Under the pieces are notes generated by a model. The model did no database searches, was not told where the DNA came from, and saw only the letters and a list, made by a program, of their open reading frames with translations. Source: Alkalispirochaeta sp. (GTDB lineage Bacteria; Spirochaetota; Spirochaetia; DSM-27196; Alkalispirochaetaceae). Taken from it: 64,000 nt of DNA. Location of the stretch: assembly GCA_965601925.1 (NCBI GenBank), contig OZ271854.1:2080001-2144000 (forward strand), written 5' to 3'. Below, piece by piece: positions 7,874 to 16,760 of the stretch. The first letter of the stretch is position 1, and the number at the start of each line of letters is the position of its first letter. Made by a program: the position numbers and the translations under genes.

Positions 7874-10516
7874 GTGAGTTTGGAATCCGCCGTCCTCGCA
7901 AGGGCGGTCAGAAAAAGAATCGTCGCACACTCTCTGAGGGTAGCGCGCACGCGCCCGTGCTCCGCGAGACGAATCGGATGCTTCGCGACGGCCATGGTAC
8001 TGTGTGCCGCTATAGTTGCGGCGGAACCGATCGCCGTGGCGGTGGTCGATCGCGACCTGGAGATACCGCTTGAGGGAGTTGTCGTGCGCGATCCCGCCAC
8101 GGGGGTGCAGGTCGTGACCGACTTTGACGGTCTCGCGGTGCTCGATACCGAAATACCGCCCTCCGGGCGTGTCGTAGTCGAGTTTTCTCTAATCGGATAC
8201 GAGCCGACGAGACTGTTGGTTCGTCCGGAGGATCGCGCGCAGACGGTCGTCGTTGAGATGGTCATCCAAGGGCTGTTGATCGCCGATGAGCTGGTGGTCG
8301 AGGCGCCCTCGATCGGTACCTCCGACGCCCAGACCGGTGTATCGGTCGTCGCCGAGCGAGAGTTGATCAAGACCACGGCCATGATCGGGCCGATCGAAGA
8401 TGTAATGAATACCGTCAAGGTTCTCCCCGGAGTCACCTACGCCGGGAGTTTCAACTCTTTTCTCTCCGTGAGGGGCGGTGATCCGGGGGGACTGACGCAC
8501 GTGCAGGACGGGCTTGTTATCAAGTTTCCCTACCACTGGGGCGGCGGTGTCTCGATCTTCAACCCCCATATGGTAGAGAGCGTCAAACTTTCGGCGGGCA
8601 TCTTCCCTGTGCGCTACGGACAGGCGACCAGCGGGTTGATGGATGTGGCGAGCGTCAATCCTACCGAGGGATTCCGATGGTCGTTTGCGCAGTCGACGAG
8701 CACCTTAGAGGGATACGTTCAAGTTCCCCTCGGTGAAGAGGAGCGAAGCGGTCTTCTTCTCGGGACGCGACTCACCAACTATGACCTCGTCTTCGCCATG
8801 ACCGGTTCGATACTGGAGGACCAGGGTATCACTTTTTCACGGGTACCCTATATCTATTCGGCGTACGGACGCTTCTTTTCGCGTCCCGACGATCGCACGC
8901 GCATATTCGTCAACACCTTTCTCGGCACCGACGGTATCGGGGTGGCGGCGGTCGATCCCGATATCGATACCTCGACCGAGATCTCCGATTCGTTCGATTT
9001 CTTCTGGGAGAACCGAGTCGGATTCGTCGGCAGCGGTGTGAGCCGTCTCGTCGGCGATCGACTCCTGGTGGAGGCGCTGTTCGGCTACGAGGATTGGACG
9101 GCCACGACCGACGCCGAGTTGGGGGAGCAGGGCACTCGGATGTACTCCGACGACTTCATCGCCACGTTCGGGTCCGGTCTCGGATTGTCTTCCGGCGACA
9201 CGTTTTCCGTCGACGCGCGGAGCGACTTCGTGAGCGAGGTGACTCTGCGCCACCTCCAGGGACGCCTGGACTCAGACTACCAGCTCTCGGAGCGCTCGAT
9301 CATACAGACCGGCGGCGGGGCGTTCGTGTCGCTGACGAGTTTCGACGCCGACGGAGAGATATGGGCCTTCGTCTTCGATGAGACCGGAGAGGCGTCGTAT
9401 CGGCGCGTCGATTTCGACGATGCGGCGCCGGACAATCGCTCGGCAGTGAGCTTTGCCTACACCAACTGGATCCATACGATTCGTCCCGATCGTCTGGAGG
9501 CCGAACTGGGGGTGCGCGTCGACCACGGAATCTTCTACGGCGACGGGTACTCCATAAACACGATGCCGACGCCGGGCCCGCGGGCTCTCCTACGCTATAT
9601 GCCCGAGGCGCCCCGTTTGGCGCCCACGGTTACATGGACGCTCGGAACGGGGCTCTTCTCGAAGTTTCCCTTCGATTCGTCGTTTCTCTCCGAGGACAAC
9701 GATGTCGACGACTTCGAGATCGGGAGCGAGAAGAACCTCATGGGCGTTCTGGGTTGGCAGGGAATATGGGACAACGGCGTACGATTTCAGATCGAGGGTT
9801 ATTACAAGTACGTCTTCGATCGCTTCTACGTCAATCAAGCCATCGTGTCCGAGACCGACACGTCGGTCGAGTACGAACAGCGAATCTATCGCGACGGGAT
9901 CGGCCACGTGGGGGGGTTCGACTTTCTCCTCGATCGTCGTACCAGTCGCAACTGGGACGGTATGTTGAGCTACTCGTTCGTCTATGCGCGCTACCGTAAC
10001 CCCGAGGACGACGACGCCGAGCCGTTGTTCGACTCGGATCCGAGGGGGCGGTGGTACTATCCCAGTTTTCACCGCTTTCATAGCGTGAATCTCATCGTTA
10101 ACTACAGACCGACGACGTGGATGACCGTCACGACGAAGTTGACCTTCGCGACCGGCGCCCCGACGCCGCGGTTCGGCGACGCGCAGATGATTGCCGCTAC
10201 GATCGTCAACGAGGACGGGAGCCAGACGATCGCCGAGATGTACACGCGCTCCGAGTCGTACTCCGACGGCTCGCGGGATGCGTGGGTGTTGCCCCTCGAT
10301 GTGCGCGTAGCGTTTCACTGGTATCGCGAGGGCTCCCGGCGTTACAACGAGGTCTACCTCGGCGTGCAGGACGCCCTCTCACCGATCCTCGCCCGCTACG
10401 GACCCGATAACGGCGAGGTCGATACCGACCGCTACACCGGCGAGGATTCCACCGAGGCGTCGCAGCAGGGCGTCGATTTTCCGATTATCAGCATCGGATT
10501 CAGGCTGTCATTTTGA
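7874..10516 (+). CDS. TonB-dependent outer-membrane receptor with N-terminal carboxypeptidase-regulatory-like domain
   Basis: Plug motifs VKVLPGV, LSVRGG, GIFPVRYGQATSG; beta-strand-rich barrel; terminal Phe (FRLSF); upstream of exbB/exbD/tonB. Start uncertain (7856/7871/7874/7994). Confidence 0.85.
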   Translation: MSLESAVLARAVRKRIVAHSLRVARTRPCSARRIGCFATAMVLCAAIVAAEPIAVAVVDRDLEIPLEGVVVRDPATGVQVVTDFDGLAVLDTEIPPSGRVVVEFSLIGYEPTRLLVRPEDRAQTVVVEMVIQGLLIADELVVEAPSIGTSDAQTGVSVVAERELIKTTAMIGPIEDVMNTVKVLPGVTYAGSFNSFLSVRGGDPGGLTHVQDGLVIKFPYHWGGGVSIFNPHMVESVKLSAGIFPVRYGQATSGLMDVASVNPTEGFRWSFAQSTSTLEGYVQVPLGEEERSGLLLGTRLTNYDLVFAMTGSILEDQGITFSRVPYIYSAYGRFFSRPDDRTRIFVNTFLGTDGIGVAAVDPDIDTSTEISDSFDFFWENRVGFVGSGVSRLVGDRLLVEALFGYEDWTATTDAELGEQGTRMYSDDFIATFGSGLGLSSGDTFSVDARSDFVSEVTLRHLQGRLDSDYQLSERSIIQTGGGAFVSLTSFDADGEIWAFVFDETGEASYRRVDFDDAAPDNRSAVSFAYTNWIHTIRPDRLEAELGVRVDHGIFYGDGYSINTMPTPGPRALLRYMPEAPRLAPTVTWTLGTGLFSKFPFDSSFLSEDNDVDDFEIGSEKNLMGVLGWQGIWDNGVRFQIEGYYKYVFDRFYVNQAIVSETDTSVEYEQRIYRDGIGHVGGFDFLLDRRTSRNWDGMLSYSFVYARYRNPEDDDAEPLFDSDPRGRWYYPSFHRFHSVNLIVNYRPTTWMTVTTKLTFATGAPTPRFGDAQMIAATIVNEDGSQTIAEMYTRSESYSDGSRDAWVLPLDVRVAFHWYREGSRRYNEVYLGVQDALSPILARYGPDNGEVDTDRYTGEDSTEASQQGVDFPIISIGFRLSF

Positions 10517-11331
10517 GGTGTGTGATGTTGCGAGTACATTCGGTGTGTCGTCGGACGATAACGAGCCGCTTACGATCGGTTCTCATTGGCGTTGTGTCGC
10601 TCTTGGTCGCGGGCTCGTGCGCTACCGTGGGTTATTCCACGCACGCGGAGTTCGACCACCTCGGACGGCGCCGACACGTCCGGAGCGAAGCGACGATCGA
10701 GCTCGAGGACGAGTCGTTCGTGCTCACCTCCCCGTGGCTTCCCGGCGTCGCCGTCCGCGGTGAATTGCGGCGAGAGGCGCCGACGAGGTGGACCGGCTAT
10801 ATCGACGAGGTGGAGGTCGTCGCCAATTGGTCCAACGGGTGGACCTACGCCCTCCTCGACGCATCGGGAACGCTCTCGATCGAGGGGCGTACCGAGTCCT
10901 CCGAGGGGCTGCCGCGACGCGTCACGGTCGACCTCGTGGACACGATCGATCTATGGACGCTTAGGAACGGTGAGATTCGGTATTTTGACGACTATATCCG
11001 CGGCGAGGAGGGGCTGGCGCGGGTGCAGGCGCGTCTGGATCGCACCGAGGCGTACGCCGAATGGCTCCGGGATCATCGCGAGGGGCGCAGTACGATGCAG
11101 ATCGGTCACGCTCGCCGTGACGGCGCCTACGGGGAGTCTGCGGTCGAGCGCATGGAGAACGCCCTGGAGCGGGCCGAAGAGGCCGAGCCCGACTGGATGG
11201 TGCCGCTTCTGGAGAGCGGTACGGTAGAGCGAGATCTTTTGGAGAGTGCGCAGCTCATTCAGTTTTTCGTAAATGTTCCGTATATAGAGAGCTCCGTCCT
11301 CGACGGAGAGATGGTGTGGGAGAGGTACTGA
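10513..11331 (+). CDS. Hypothetical lipoprotein in TonB operon
   Basis: Hydrophobic signal with lipobox-like LLVAGSC; overlaps receptor stop and abuts exbB. Confidence 0.7.
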   Translation: MRCVMLRVHSVCRRTITSRLRSVLIGVVSLLVAGSCATVGYSTHAEFDHLGRRRHVRSEATIELEDESFVLTSPWLPGVAVRGELRREAPTRWTGYIDEVEVVANWSNGWTYALLDASGTLSIEGRTESSEGLPRRVTVDLVDTIDLWTLRNGEIRYFDDYIRGEEGLARVQARLDRTEAYAEWLRDHREGRSTMQIGHARRDGAYGESAVERMENALERAEEAEPDWMVPLLESGTVERDLLESAQLIQFFVNVPYIESSVLDGEMVWERY

Positions 11332-11332
11332 T

Positions 11333-11974
11333 ATGGATATGACACTGAGAGATCTATTCGAGCTCGGCGGCTGGGCGATGTGGCCGCTTCTTGTCTTCTC
11401 GGTCGCGACGTTGTCGCTCATCCTGGAGCGCGCGCTGTTTCTGATAAGTCATCGTATGAACGTGTCCCGTCTTCGTTCCGAGGTGTCAGGTGCCCTCACC
11501 GACGGGGGCGTGGCGGCCGCGTTTGAGGTGTGCGATCGGCACGGCGCGCGCATGCTTGCCGTGCCCGTCTTTCGTGCCGCCCTCGCCGCCGCATCCTTCG
11601 GCGAACGGCGTATCGAACGGGCGATCGAGACCGCCGCCGGAGAACGCATCCACACGATCGAGCGCGGCTTCGACCTGTTGGTTGCCCTCGGTTCGATCGC
11701 GCCGATTACCGGCTTTTTGGGAACCGTTTCGGGAATGATTGCCGCATTCAATTCCATTGCCAACGCGGCGGATATTAACGCTCAGCTCGTGGCCGGCGGT
11801 ATCTTCGAGGCGCTGATCACTACCGCGTACGGGCTGGCGATCGCGATCGTCGCCATTACCGCCTACAACCTCTTCGCCCACTTCGCCGATCGATTCGCCG
11901 CAGAGTTGGAAGAGGGAGGCAATGAGTTGGTGACGTCCCTCATCGCGGGAAGTATCCAGCGGTCGCCGGCGTGA
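11333..11974 (+). CDS. exbB: MotA/TolQ/ExbB proton channel protein
   Basis: GGWAMWPL, IAPITGFLGTVSGMI, GIFEALITTAYGL. Confidence 0.92.
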   Translation: MDMTLRDLFELGGWAMWPLLVFSVATLSLILERALFLISHRMNVSRLRSEVSGALTDGGVAAAFEVCDRHGARMLAVPVFRAALAAASFGERRIERAIETAAGERIHTIERGFDLLVALGSIAPITGFLGTVSGMIAAFNSIANAADINAQLVAGGIFEALITTAYGLAIAIVAITAYNLFAHFADRFAAELEEGGNELVTSLIAGSIQRSPA

Positions 11975-12384
11975 TACGGTTGCAGCGAGCGCGCCGTCGC
12001 GGTATCGACGCCGCCGACTCCGGCGCGTTGAGCGACCTCGCTTTTTTGCTCATCATCTTTTTCATCGTGATCGCCGTGTTCAATATCAACAGCGGATTTC
12101 TCCTCGGTATTCCCGCCCAAGACTCGCAACGCCTCGTCGAGACGGCTGATCTCGCACGCGTGACGATAACGGCGGACGGGGGATATCGTCTCGACGATAT
12201 CGTCGTAACGGAAGAAGAGCTGACGACCTCCGTAACGGGTCAGCGTCTCGGAAGGCCGAATATGACGCTGATGGTGCGAGTCCATCCGGAGGCGCCGTAC
12301 GGTGCGGTGGTACGTACTATTCAACTCGTACGAGAGGCCGATGTGGACAACTTCTCGTTCGGTCTCCTCGAGGAGGAGCAATGA
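11971..12384 (+). CDS. exbD: Biopolymer transport protein ExbD/TolR
   Basis: LSDLAFLLIIFFIV TM with conserved Asp; periplasmic APYGAVV. Confidence 0.88.
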   Translation: MIRLQRARRRGIDAADSGALSDLAFLLIIFFIVIAVFNINSGFLLGIPAQDSQRLVETADLARVTITADGGYRLDDIVVTEEELTTSVTGQRLGRPNMTLMVRVHPEAPYGAVVRTIQLVREADVDNFSFGLLEEEQ

Positions 12385-12794
12385 AGATCCGCACCCCTCG
12401 GCGTCGTCGACCGATCGTACCGATTAACGCGATGTCGGATATCGCATTTCTGCTGTTGATATTCATTATGCTGATCTCCCTCATCAACTATCGCCGGGAG
12501 ATTCCGATCGAGTATCCCGAAGCGCGGATGACCGAAGTCACGCAAGCCGACGCCAACCTCGAGATTTGGATCACGGAACGGGGGGCGTTCTTCGTCGACG
12601 GAGAGGCGCTGACACCGGGTGAGATCGAACGGGTCATCGCCGCTGAGATCGCCGCCGATCCGGCCACGCGTATCCATGTTCTGGCGGATCGGAATACACC
12701 GTATCGCCACGTCGACCGCGTCATGGCGACGCTTCAGCTGTTGCAGCACCGCGTCGTATCGCTCGTGGTGCGGGAGCCGGAGGGTTCGCGATGA
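12381..12794 (+). CDS. exbD: Biopolymer transport protein ExbD/TolR (second copy)
   Basis: MSDIAFLLLIFIML; ADRNTPYRHVDRVM. Confidence 0.88.
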   Translation: MKIRTPRRRRPIVPINAMSDIAFLLLIFIMLISLINYRREIPIEYPEARMTEVTQADANLEIWITERGAFFVDGEALTPGEIERVIAAEIAADPATRIHVLADRNTPYRHVDRVMATLQLLQHRVVSLVVREPEGSR

Positions 12795-13390
12795 AGCGCA
12801 TCATCATTCTTCTCGTGGTACTCGGTCTGCACGCGGCGGCGTTCCTTACCGTCACGATTACGACCGCCGCTCGTCAGGAACGCGAGGACACGACGATCTT
12901 CAAGCTCGTGGACGTCACGGAGGTGCAGCCGCCGCCGGCCGAGCCGCCTCCCCCACCTCCGCCGGAGGATATACCGCCGCCTCAGGAGACGATCGCCGAA
13001 GAGGTGATCGAGACCGAGGAGCCGGTTCCCGAGTCGGTCGATGAGCTCGCGGTGCGTGAGCCGGTGGCGGTGCGGCGGGGCGTGGAGATCGAGTATCTTC
13101 CACAACATATGGTCTCCGTTCCGCCGGGTATCTCGGTAGAGGCGGTCCGCTCCCGAGTCCGCTATCCACCCTTGGCGCAACGGCAAGGGATCGAGGGTGT
13201 CGTCTATCTCGAACTCTACATCGACGATGAAGGACGCATACGCCGCGTGGAAGTTCTACGAGATCCCGGCTACGGGCTCGGCGAGGCGGCCGTCGAAGCG
13301 TTCGACGGCCTCACCGCCACACCGGCATTCGCCAATGGAGAGCCGGTCGCGGTGCGATTTCGATATCCCGTGCGGTTCTCGTTGCGCTGA
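12791..13390 (+). CDS. tonB: Energy transducer TonB
   Basis: N-terminal TM with His, Pro-rich linker, YPPLAQRQGIEGVV...PVRFSL C-terminal domain. Confidence 0.92.
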   Translation: MKRIIILLVVLGLHAAAFLTVTITTAARQEREDTTIFKLVDVTEVQPPPAEPPPPPPPEDIPPPQETIAEEVIETEEPVPESVDELAVREPVAVRRGVEIEYLPQHMVSVPPGISVEAVRSRVRYPPLAQRQGIEGVVYLELYIDDEGRIRRVEVLRDPGYGLGEAAVEAFDGLTATPAFANGEPVAVRFRYPVRFSLR

Positions 13391-13438
13391 CGGACGCACG
13401 TATCGTCCCATTGGGCTGCGCTTGCACGCGCTTCCTGC

Positions 13439-13466
13439 TAATCTCTTGGCTCGAATGTGCCGACAT
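13439..13466 (+). promoter_or_regulatory. Candidate sigma-28 (FliA) promoter TAAT-N16-GCCGACAT
   Basis: Resembles TAAA-N15/16-GCCGATAA; lies upstream of the unit containing fliS and flgN. Confidence 0.4.
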
Positions 13467-13493
13467 TGAAGAACGTCACCGGGAGGTAGCAGT

Positions 13494-15869
13494 TTGAAAC
13501 GCGTTTGTTCCGTGCTAGCACTACTCATGTTGGTGAGCCTCGCGCCGTACGCGCAGGTTCATTTCGGCGATCTCGATCTCAACGCTTCCAGCGAGCTCCT
13601 TTTTTCGGCGACGAGCGAGGTTCCGGGGCTCGGCGAGTATCGTACCCTCTTTCTCGCCGATATTCCGGCCGCCGAGCTACGCCAACTCAGTGTATTTCCC
13701 GAACGCATGCTCATTCTGAACTCTACCGGCCAGATTCAGATTCAAAATCGTTTCGGTGTGTTTCGTAACGCGATCGCCGGCCCCGTGGGCGACGTACCTA
13801 CCCCCATTGAGGCCGAGGACGGCATTGTCGTCGGTCCACCGCGGCCCCGCCCCGCCTTTGAGGCGGTGCGTTCGTTTCCCGCCTTCGTACGCGGCAACGA
13901 GATACAGACGGGCAAGACCATCGCGGTGAGTTCGAGCCCCGACGGCGGCTATCTGACCTACATGGTTGCGACCTCGCCGGGGTATGGAGAGATCCGTCTC
14001 TTCGATACGGTGAGCGAAGAGGAAACGACGGTGAGTCGCGACGTCGAGTTGGCCCTCGACGAGCCCCCGCTTAGATGGTCCGACGATTCGAGCTTCTTCG
14101 TCTACGATAAGGGAAACGAGCTGTACTATTTCTCGTTGGAGCAATACACCGCCGGGCGAACGCTGAACGAGACGCTGCGTCACATCGGCCCCGGCACCCT
14201 GGCGGGCACCCAATGGCGTGAGAATACGCTCTATTACGTGAGCGGATCGTTGGTCTATCGCATCCTCGGGGTCGAGTTTTTTGCCCGCTCGCTCTACCAA
14301 GATCTCCTGACCATCGGCACGATCGTCGGAAAGCTCCCGCACGCCTTCGATCCGAATTTCGACGACTTTTGGATCTCGCCGGACGGACAGAAGATCCTCG
14401 TCGTAACGGAGGGACGGGGAGCGAACGTCTTTTTTCTGCAGGCCGACGACTATCTGTCGACCGGCGATACCCTTTCGCTGCCCTATCTGTACCTTCCGCG
14501 CAACACCCGGGTGCGCACCGTTTTGTGGTCGCCCGGCGACGTCGTGACGCTCCTGGCCGGAAGTATTCGCCACGGCGAATCGAGTACCTCGGTGTATCGC
14601 ATCGACCTGAGCGACGAGGAGACGCGTAGTCGGTTCGTCGAGACCTCCGATGAGGGCGTGCTCGGCATTGAGCTCTCTCCCGACGGACGTCGTGCACTGG
14701 TGTGGACCGACGACGGCGCATCGATTCGGCGCTATGTCGACTGGGAAGAGGAGCGCTTCATCGAGCACCCCGGTGTCGTTCACGCTCAGTGGTACGATGC
14801 GACGACGATCGTGATCGCGGGCCGTCACATCGTGGAGCGCATCGACCTGTCGGGGCGCGGTGAGACGGGGCGGGAGCTTCTGACGTTGAGCAGCGTCGAA
14901 GATTTCGGATACACTGTGGATGGATCGGTCATACGAGCACGCTCCGGCGGCACGTTGTACGAGTTTTCCGAGGACGGCTGGACATCGGTCGAGGCAGACG
15001 AGTTGGGCGTTGCCGAGGCGGGAGTCGCAAGCGACGAACACCGCGTCTACCTCGAGAATCTTTCGCGAGGCAGTTACCGCAACATGGTGATGGTCCGTAA
15101 TATTGCATCGTTCGGCACGGTGCCGCTCTTCCCGCGTCCGCAACGCCAGTACGAGGCTTTTCCCGATCGCGATGAGCCGGTTGATCTCACCAACTTCTCA
15201 CACGGATCGCGTATTCGTAGGAGAGAGGTATCATTGGTGTTCAACGCGATCGACTCGGTGGCGGGACTCACGGAAGTGCTCAATACCCTGTCGGAGTACG
15301 ATGTTCGTGCTACCTTTTTCCTCAATGGAGACTTCATTCGACGCCATCCCGGTGCAGTGCGTGAAATCGCCGATAGCGGGCACGAGGTCGGGAGTCTCTT
15401 TTACACCTATTTCGATATGTCAAGTAGCCGATTTCAGATCAACGCGGAGTTTATCAAGCAGGGACTCGCGCGCAATGAGGACGAGTACTTCGACGTGACC
15501 GGCCGAGAGCTGTCGCTTCTGTGGCACGCGCCGTTCTACTTCGTCAGTCCGATTATCATCGCCGCATCCCGACAGATGAACTATGCTTATATCGGGCGCG
15601 ACGTGGACAGCCTCGACTGGGTACCGAAGCGCGACGAGAACGGGGTTTCGCGTTTGTACCGGCCGACTGCGCAGATCATCGAAGAGGTTATGGAGGATAA
15701 GCGGCCGGGATCCATCATCGCCATGACGATCGGGCGACCGGGCGACGACCGACCCGACGGGGGGCGCGACGACTATCTGTTTCAGCGCCTCGATGTATTG
15801 ATTAATGGACTTATTGAACGGGGATACGAAATCGTTCCGGTTTCGACCCTGATGGAAAATGCACGATAG
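13494..15869 (+). CDS. Exported beta-propeller protein with C-terminal polysaccharide-deacetylase (NodB)-like domain, catalytic motifs degenerate
   Basis: Signal peptide; repeated SPDG propeller motifs; ATFFLNG, GHEVG, DSLDW motifs; TTG start with GGGAGG RBS. Confidence 0.8.
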   Translation: MKRVCSVLALLMLVSLAPYAQVHFGDLDLNASSELLFSATSEVPGLGEYRTLFLADIPAAELRQLSVFPERMLILNSTGQIQIQNRFGVFRNAIAGPVGDVPTPIEAEDGIVVGPPRPRPAFEAVRSFPAFVRGNEIQTGKTIAVSSSPDGGYLTYMVATSPGYGEIRLFDTVSEEETTVSRDVELALDEPPLRWSDDSSFFVYDKGNELYYFSLEQYTAGRTLNETLRHIGPGTLAGTQWRENTLYYVSGSLVYRILGVEFFARSLYQDLLTIGTIVGKLPHAFDPNFDDFWISPDGQKILVVTEGRGANVFFLQADDYLSTGDTLSLPYLYLPRNTRVRTVLWSPGDVVTLLAGSIRHGESSTSVYRIDLSDEETRSRFVETSDEGVLGIELSPDGRRALVWTDDGASIRRYVDWEEERFIEHPGVVHAQWYDATTIVIAGRHIVERIDLSGRGETGRELLTLSSVEDFGYTVDGSVIRARSGGTLYEFSEDGWTSVEADELGVAEAGVASDEHRVYLENLSRGSYRNMVMVRNIASFGTVPLFPRPQRQYEAFPDRDEPVDLTNFSHGSRIRRREVSLVFNAIDSVAGLTEVLNTLSEYDVRATFFLNGDFIRRHPGAVREIADSGHEVGSLFYTYFDMSSSRFQINAEFIKQGLARNEDEYFDVTGRELSLLWHAPFYFVSPIIIAASRQMNYAYIGRDVDSLDWVPKRDENGVSRLYRPTAQIIEEVMEDKRPGSIIAMTIGRPGDDRPDGGRDDYLFQRLDVLINGLIERGYEIVPVSTLMENAR

Positions 15870-15874
15870 GGAGA

Positions 15875-16309
15875 ATGGCAATGGCATATCAGCAGAGTTC
15901 CGTACATGCGTATCGTCAAACGCGAGTCAAAACGGCGTCTCAAGGACGCCTTATTGTGATGCTCTACGACGAGGCGATACGTCAGATCGATATTGCGGTT
16001 AAGCATATGGACTCCGGCACCAAGCAGCTCGATCTCATCAACAATGCAGTCGTTAAGACGCAGGATATCGTCACGGAACTCATGGTCTCCCTGGATATGG
16101 ATCAGGGCGGAGAGATAGCACAGAATCTATTTCGGCTGTATATGTTCTTTAACGATCGATTAATGGACGGCAATCTCAAGAAAGACAAAGAGCCGCTCCT
16201 CGGGGTGCGCTCCATGATGATTTCCCTGCGTGACGCGTGGAAGCAGATCGAGAATACCGACGCGCCGGGCCGTCAAGCATCGACCGGCGGGATCAATATC
16301 GCGGGGTGA
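15875..16309 (+). CDS. fliS: Flagellar export chaperone FliS
   Basis: AYRQTRVKTASQGRLIVMLYD, LMVSLD...GGEIAQNLFRLY, LRDAW. Confidence 0.95.
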   Translation: MAMAYQQSSVHAYRQTRVKTASQGRLIVMLYDEAIRQIDIAVKHMDSGTKQLDLINNAVVKTQDIVTELMVSLDMDQGGEIAQNLFRLYMFFNDRLMDGNLKKDKEPLLGVRSMMISLRDAWKQIENTDAPGRQASTGGINIAG

Positions 16310-16328
16310 CCGCGAAAGGTTGCGGCGG

Positions 16329-16760
16329 ATGAGCTCTTTTTCTCCCGAGAGCACAACGTCCTCACCGATGGAGCGGAAGCTCCGACACCATCTTGATCGG
16401 CGGCGGCGGCACCTTGCGGCGCTCCACGATCTCCTACGGGCACAGGAACGGGCCCTCGTCGCCGGCGATATCGACACGATGGGGCATTACACAGCCTTGG
16501 AGCGCGATATACTCGACGACCTGCGGGCTCTGGAGAGCGTTATCACCTCGATGCGCGCCCTTCTACCGCACGTAGCCGCGGAGCGACTCGACGATCTCCT
16601 CACGAGCGCCTCGCAACACCAACGCCGCAATCGGGAACTGCTCGCCCATCGCATTGAGGAGACGTCTCGGGAGCTACGCCACCTTCGTATTCCGCGCGCG
16701 CCGCGGCAGGTCTACCGACGCGCACGCCACGGGGGTGCAATGGTGGATGTGACGCTTTAG
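16329..16760 (+). CDS. flgN: FlgN-like flagellar export chaperone
   Basis: Helical protein LHDLLRAQERALVAGD...QRRNRELL, ending MVDVTL, directly after fliS. Confidence 0.6.
   Translation: MSSFSPESTTSSPMERKLRHHLDRRRRHLAALHDLLRAQERALVAGDIDTMGHYTALERDILDDLRALESVITSMRALLPHVAAERLDDLLTSASQHQRRNRELLAHRIEETSRELRHLRIPRAPRQVYRRARHGGAMVDVTL

Noticed and set aside
12925..12985. CCG-rich repeat
   Set aside because: Encodes the normal proline-rich TonB linker.
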